Assembly (NCBI GenBank): GCA_964485575.1
Contig: CAZAJO010000001.1
Span: 59,602-123,601 of the forward strand
Direction of reading: 5' to 3'
Length of the DNA: 64,000 nt
From: an uncultured Gammaproteobacteria bacterium
GTDB lineage: Bacteria; Patescibacteriota; Microgenomatia; Levybacterales; GWA1-39-11
Every line of letters starts with the position of its first letter. Position 1 is the first letter of the stretch. Below the pieces are notes generated by a model that was given only the letters and a program-made list of their open reading frames with translations, searched no databases and was not told the DNA's origin. Below are positions 63,140 through 64,000 of this stretch, one piece after another. Made by a program: the position numbers and the translations under genes.

Positions 63140-63999
63140 TTAATGATTTTTTTAATGTCTTTATTTGGTGGTCCTATCTTCTTGTTATAGGGCTAGCATT
63201 CTTTCCTCTGAGTAATGCTTTATTCAGAAATTTTTTTGATAAAGGTTACATTTTTTCAAAGTCACTTGGGCTTTGCGTCCTTACATATATTGTATACATT
63301 GGTGGCACCTTTCATATCCTTCCATTTCAAAGACTTTCAATATTTTTGGTACTTATCTTAGTATTCTTTCTCGACATATATCTTCTTAAGAAAGGGAGAA
63401 TAAGGCTTTCTTTCAATAGGATTAAGGTTATATTGTTCCAGGAAGGGTTATTTTTAGTATCACTACTGACCTGGTCGTACATTAAGTCGTTCCAGCCTGA
63501 CATACATGGTCTTGAAAAATTTATGGACTTTGGATTTATGAATTCTATACTTAGAAGCACTTATTTTCCACCAACAGATATATGGTTTCCTCCCTTCTCG
63601 ATTAATTATTACTATTTCGGACATCTAGTAACAGCTACTCTAATGAAATTGACCAACGTGAACCCTTTCATTTCATACAATATAATGCTGTCAACAATAT
63701 TCGCATTTACTATCTGCTCTTCCTTTTCTTTCGTCGCCACCCTAACATTTGATATCCTAAAAATCAGGAGAGCAAGTTTTTTAGCTGGCATTCTAGGAGC
63801 AGCGATCGCAACCCTTGGGGGAAATTTGCATACTATTTACGCGTTTTTTATTCCGTACACACCACCCGAAAACCCTGTCCCATTTTGGCAACTCAAATTA
63901 TCAGAAACCTTTCCTAATAATTATTGGTATCCAAATGCAACCCGGTTCATACCCTTTACTATTCATGAATTTCCTTCATACTCTTTTGTTGTGTCAGAT
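63136..63999 (+). CDS. DUF2298 / YYY-motif membrane protein (GT-C-like), 3'-truncated by window edge
   Basis: ATGA overlap with the HAD gene; translates MINDFFNVFIWW...GLEKFMDFGFMNSILRSTYFPPTDIWF...INYYYFGH. Absent from the ORF track because no stop falls within the window. Confidence 0.85.
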   Translation, partial: MINDFFNVFIWWSYLLVIGLAFFPLSNALFRNFFDKGYIFSKSLGLCVLTYIVYIGGTFHILPFQRLSIFLVLILVFFLDIYLLKKGRIRLSFNRIKVILFQEGLFLVSLLTWSYIKSFQPDIHGLEKFMDFGFMNSILRSTYFPPTDIWFPPFSINYYYFGHLVTATLMKLTNVNPFISYNIMLSTIFAFTICSSFSFVATLTFDILKIRRASFLAGILGAAIATLGGNLHTIYAFFIPYTPPENPVPFWQLKLSETFPNNYWYPNATRFIPFTIHEFPSYSFVVSD

Positions 64000-64000
64000 C

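Overview
An AT-rich, gene-dense chromosomal segment using the standard bacterial code (TGA is a stop). Gene content points to a Patescibacteria/CPR bacterium, most likely Microgenomates; this is an inference from the CPR-type pilins, Thr/Pro-rich surface proteins, multiple GT-C glycosyltransferases and scarce Shine-Dalgarno sites. In order it carries: an RND efflux pair, a clusterless MutY, a SIMPL protein and tgt; a polyprenyl synthase and a D-2-hydroxyacid dehydrogenase; a membrane-anchored degenerate Clp ATPase with a small membrane partner, transcribed divergently from a type IV pilus operon (pilB, pilC, five prepilins including a ~990-aa giant, a PilM/GspL-like gene, a Kelch protein); an hrcA-grpE-dnaK...dnaJ cluster interrupted by five genes (VirB2-like pilin, VirB6-like membrane protein, atypical Clp ATPase, membrane protein, M4 protease); metG, hsp20, an envelope glycosylation cluster, tatD, groES/EL, lepA, murJ, rpsT and pilNOP-like genes; and a second glycosylation cluster. 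Best leads: (1) two unusual Clp ATPases, each beside pilus or secretion genes; (2) a shared C-terminal PGG+TM putative sorting signal on two surface proteins; (3) a switch-like leader that sequesters the murJ start codon; (4) a ~123-nt rod-shaped intergenic RNA candidate; (5) pervasive leaderless promoters; (6) four CIRCE-like operators. No CRISPR array, rRNA, tRNA or transposase was recognised. All family assignments are by motif recognition, not database search.
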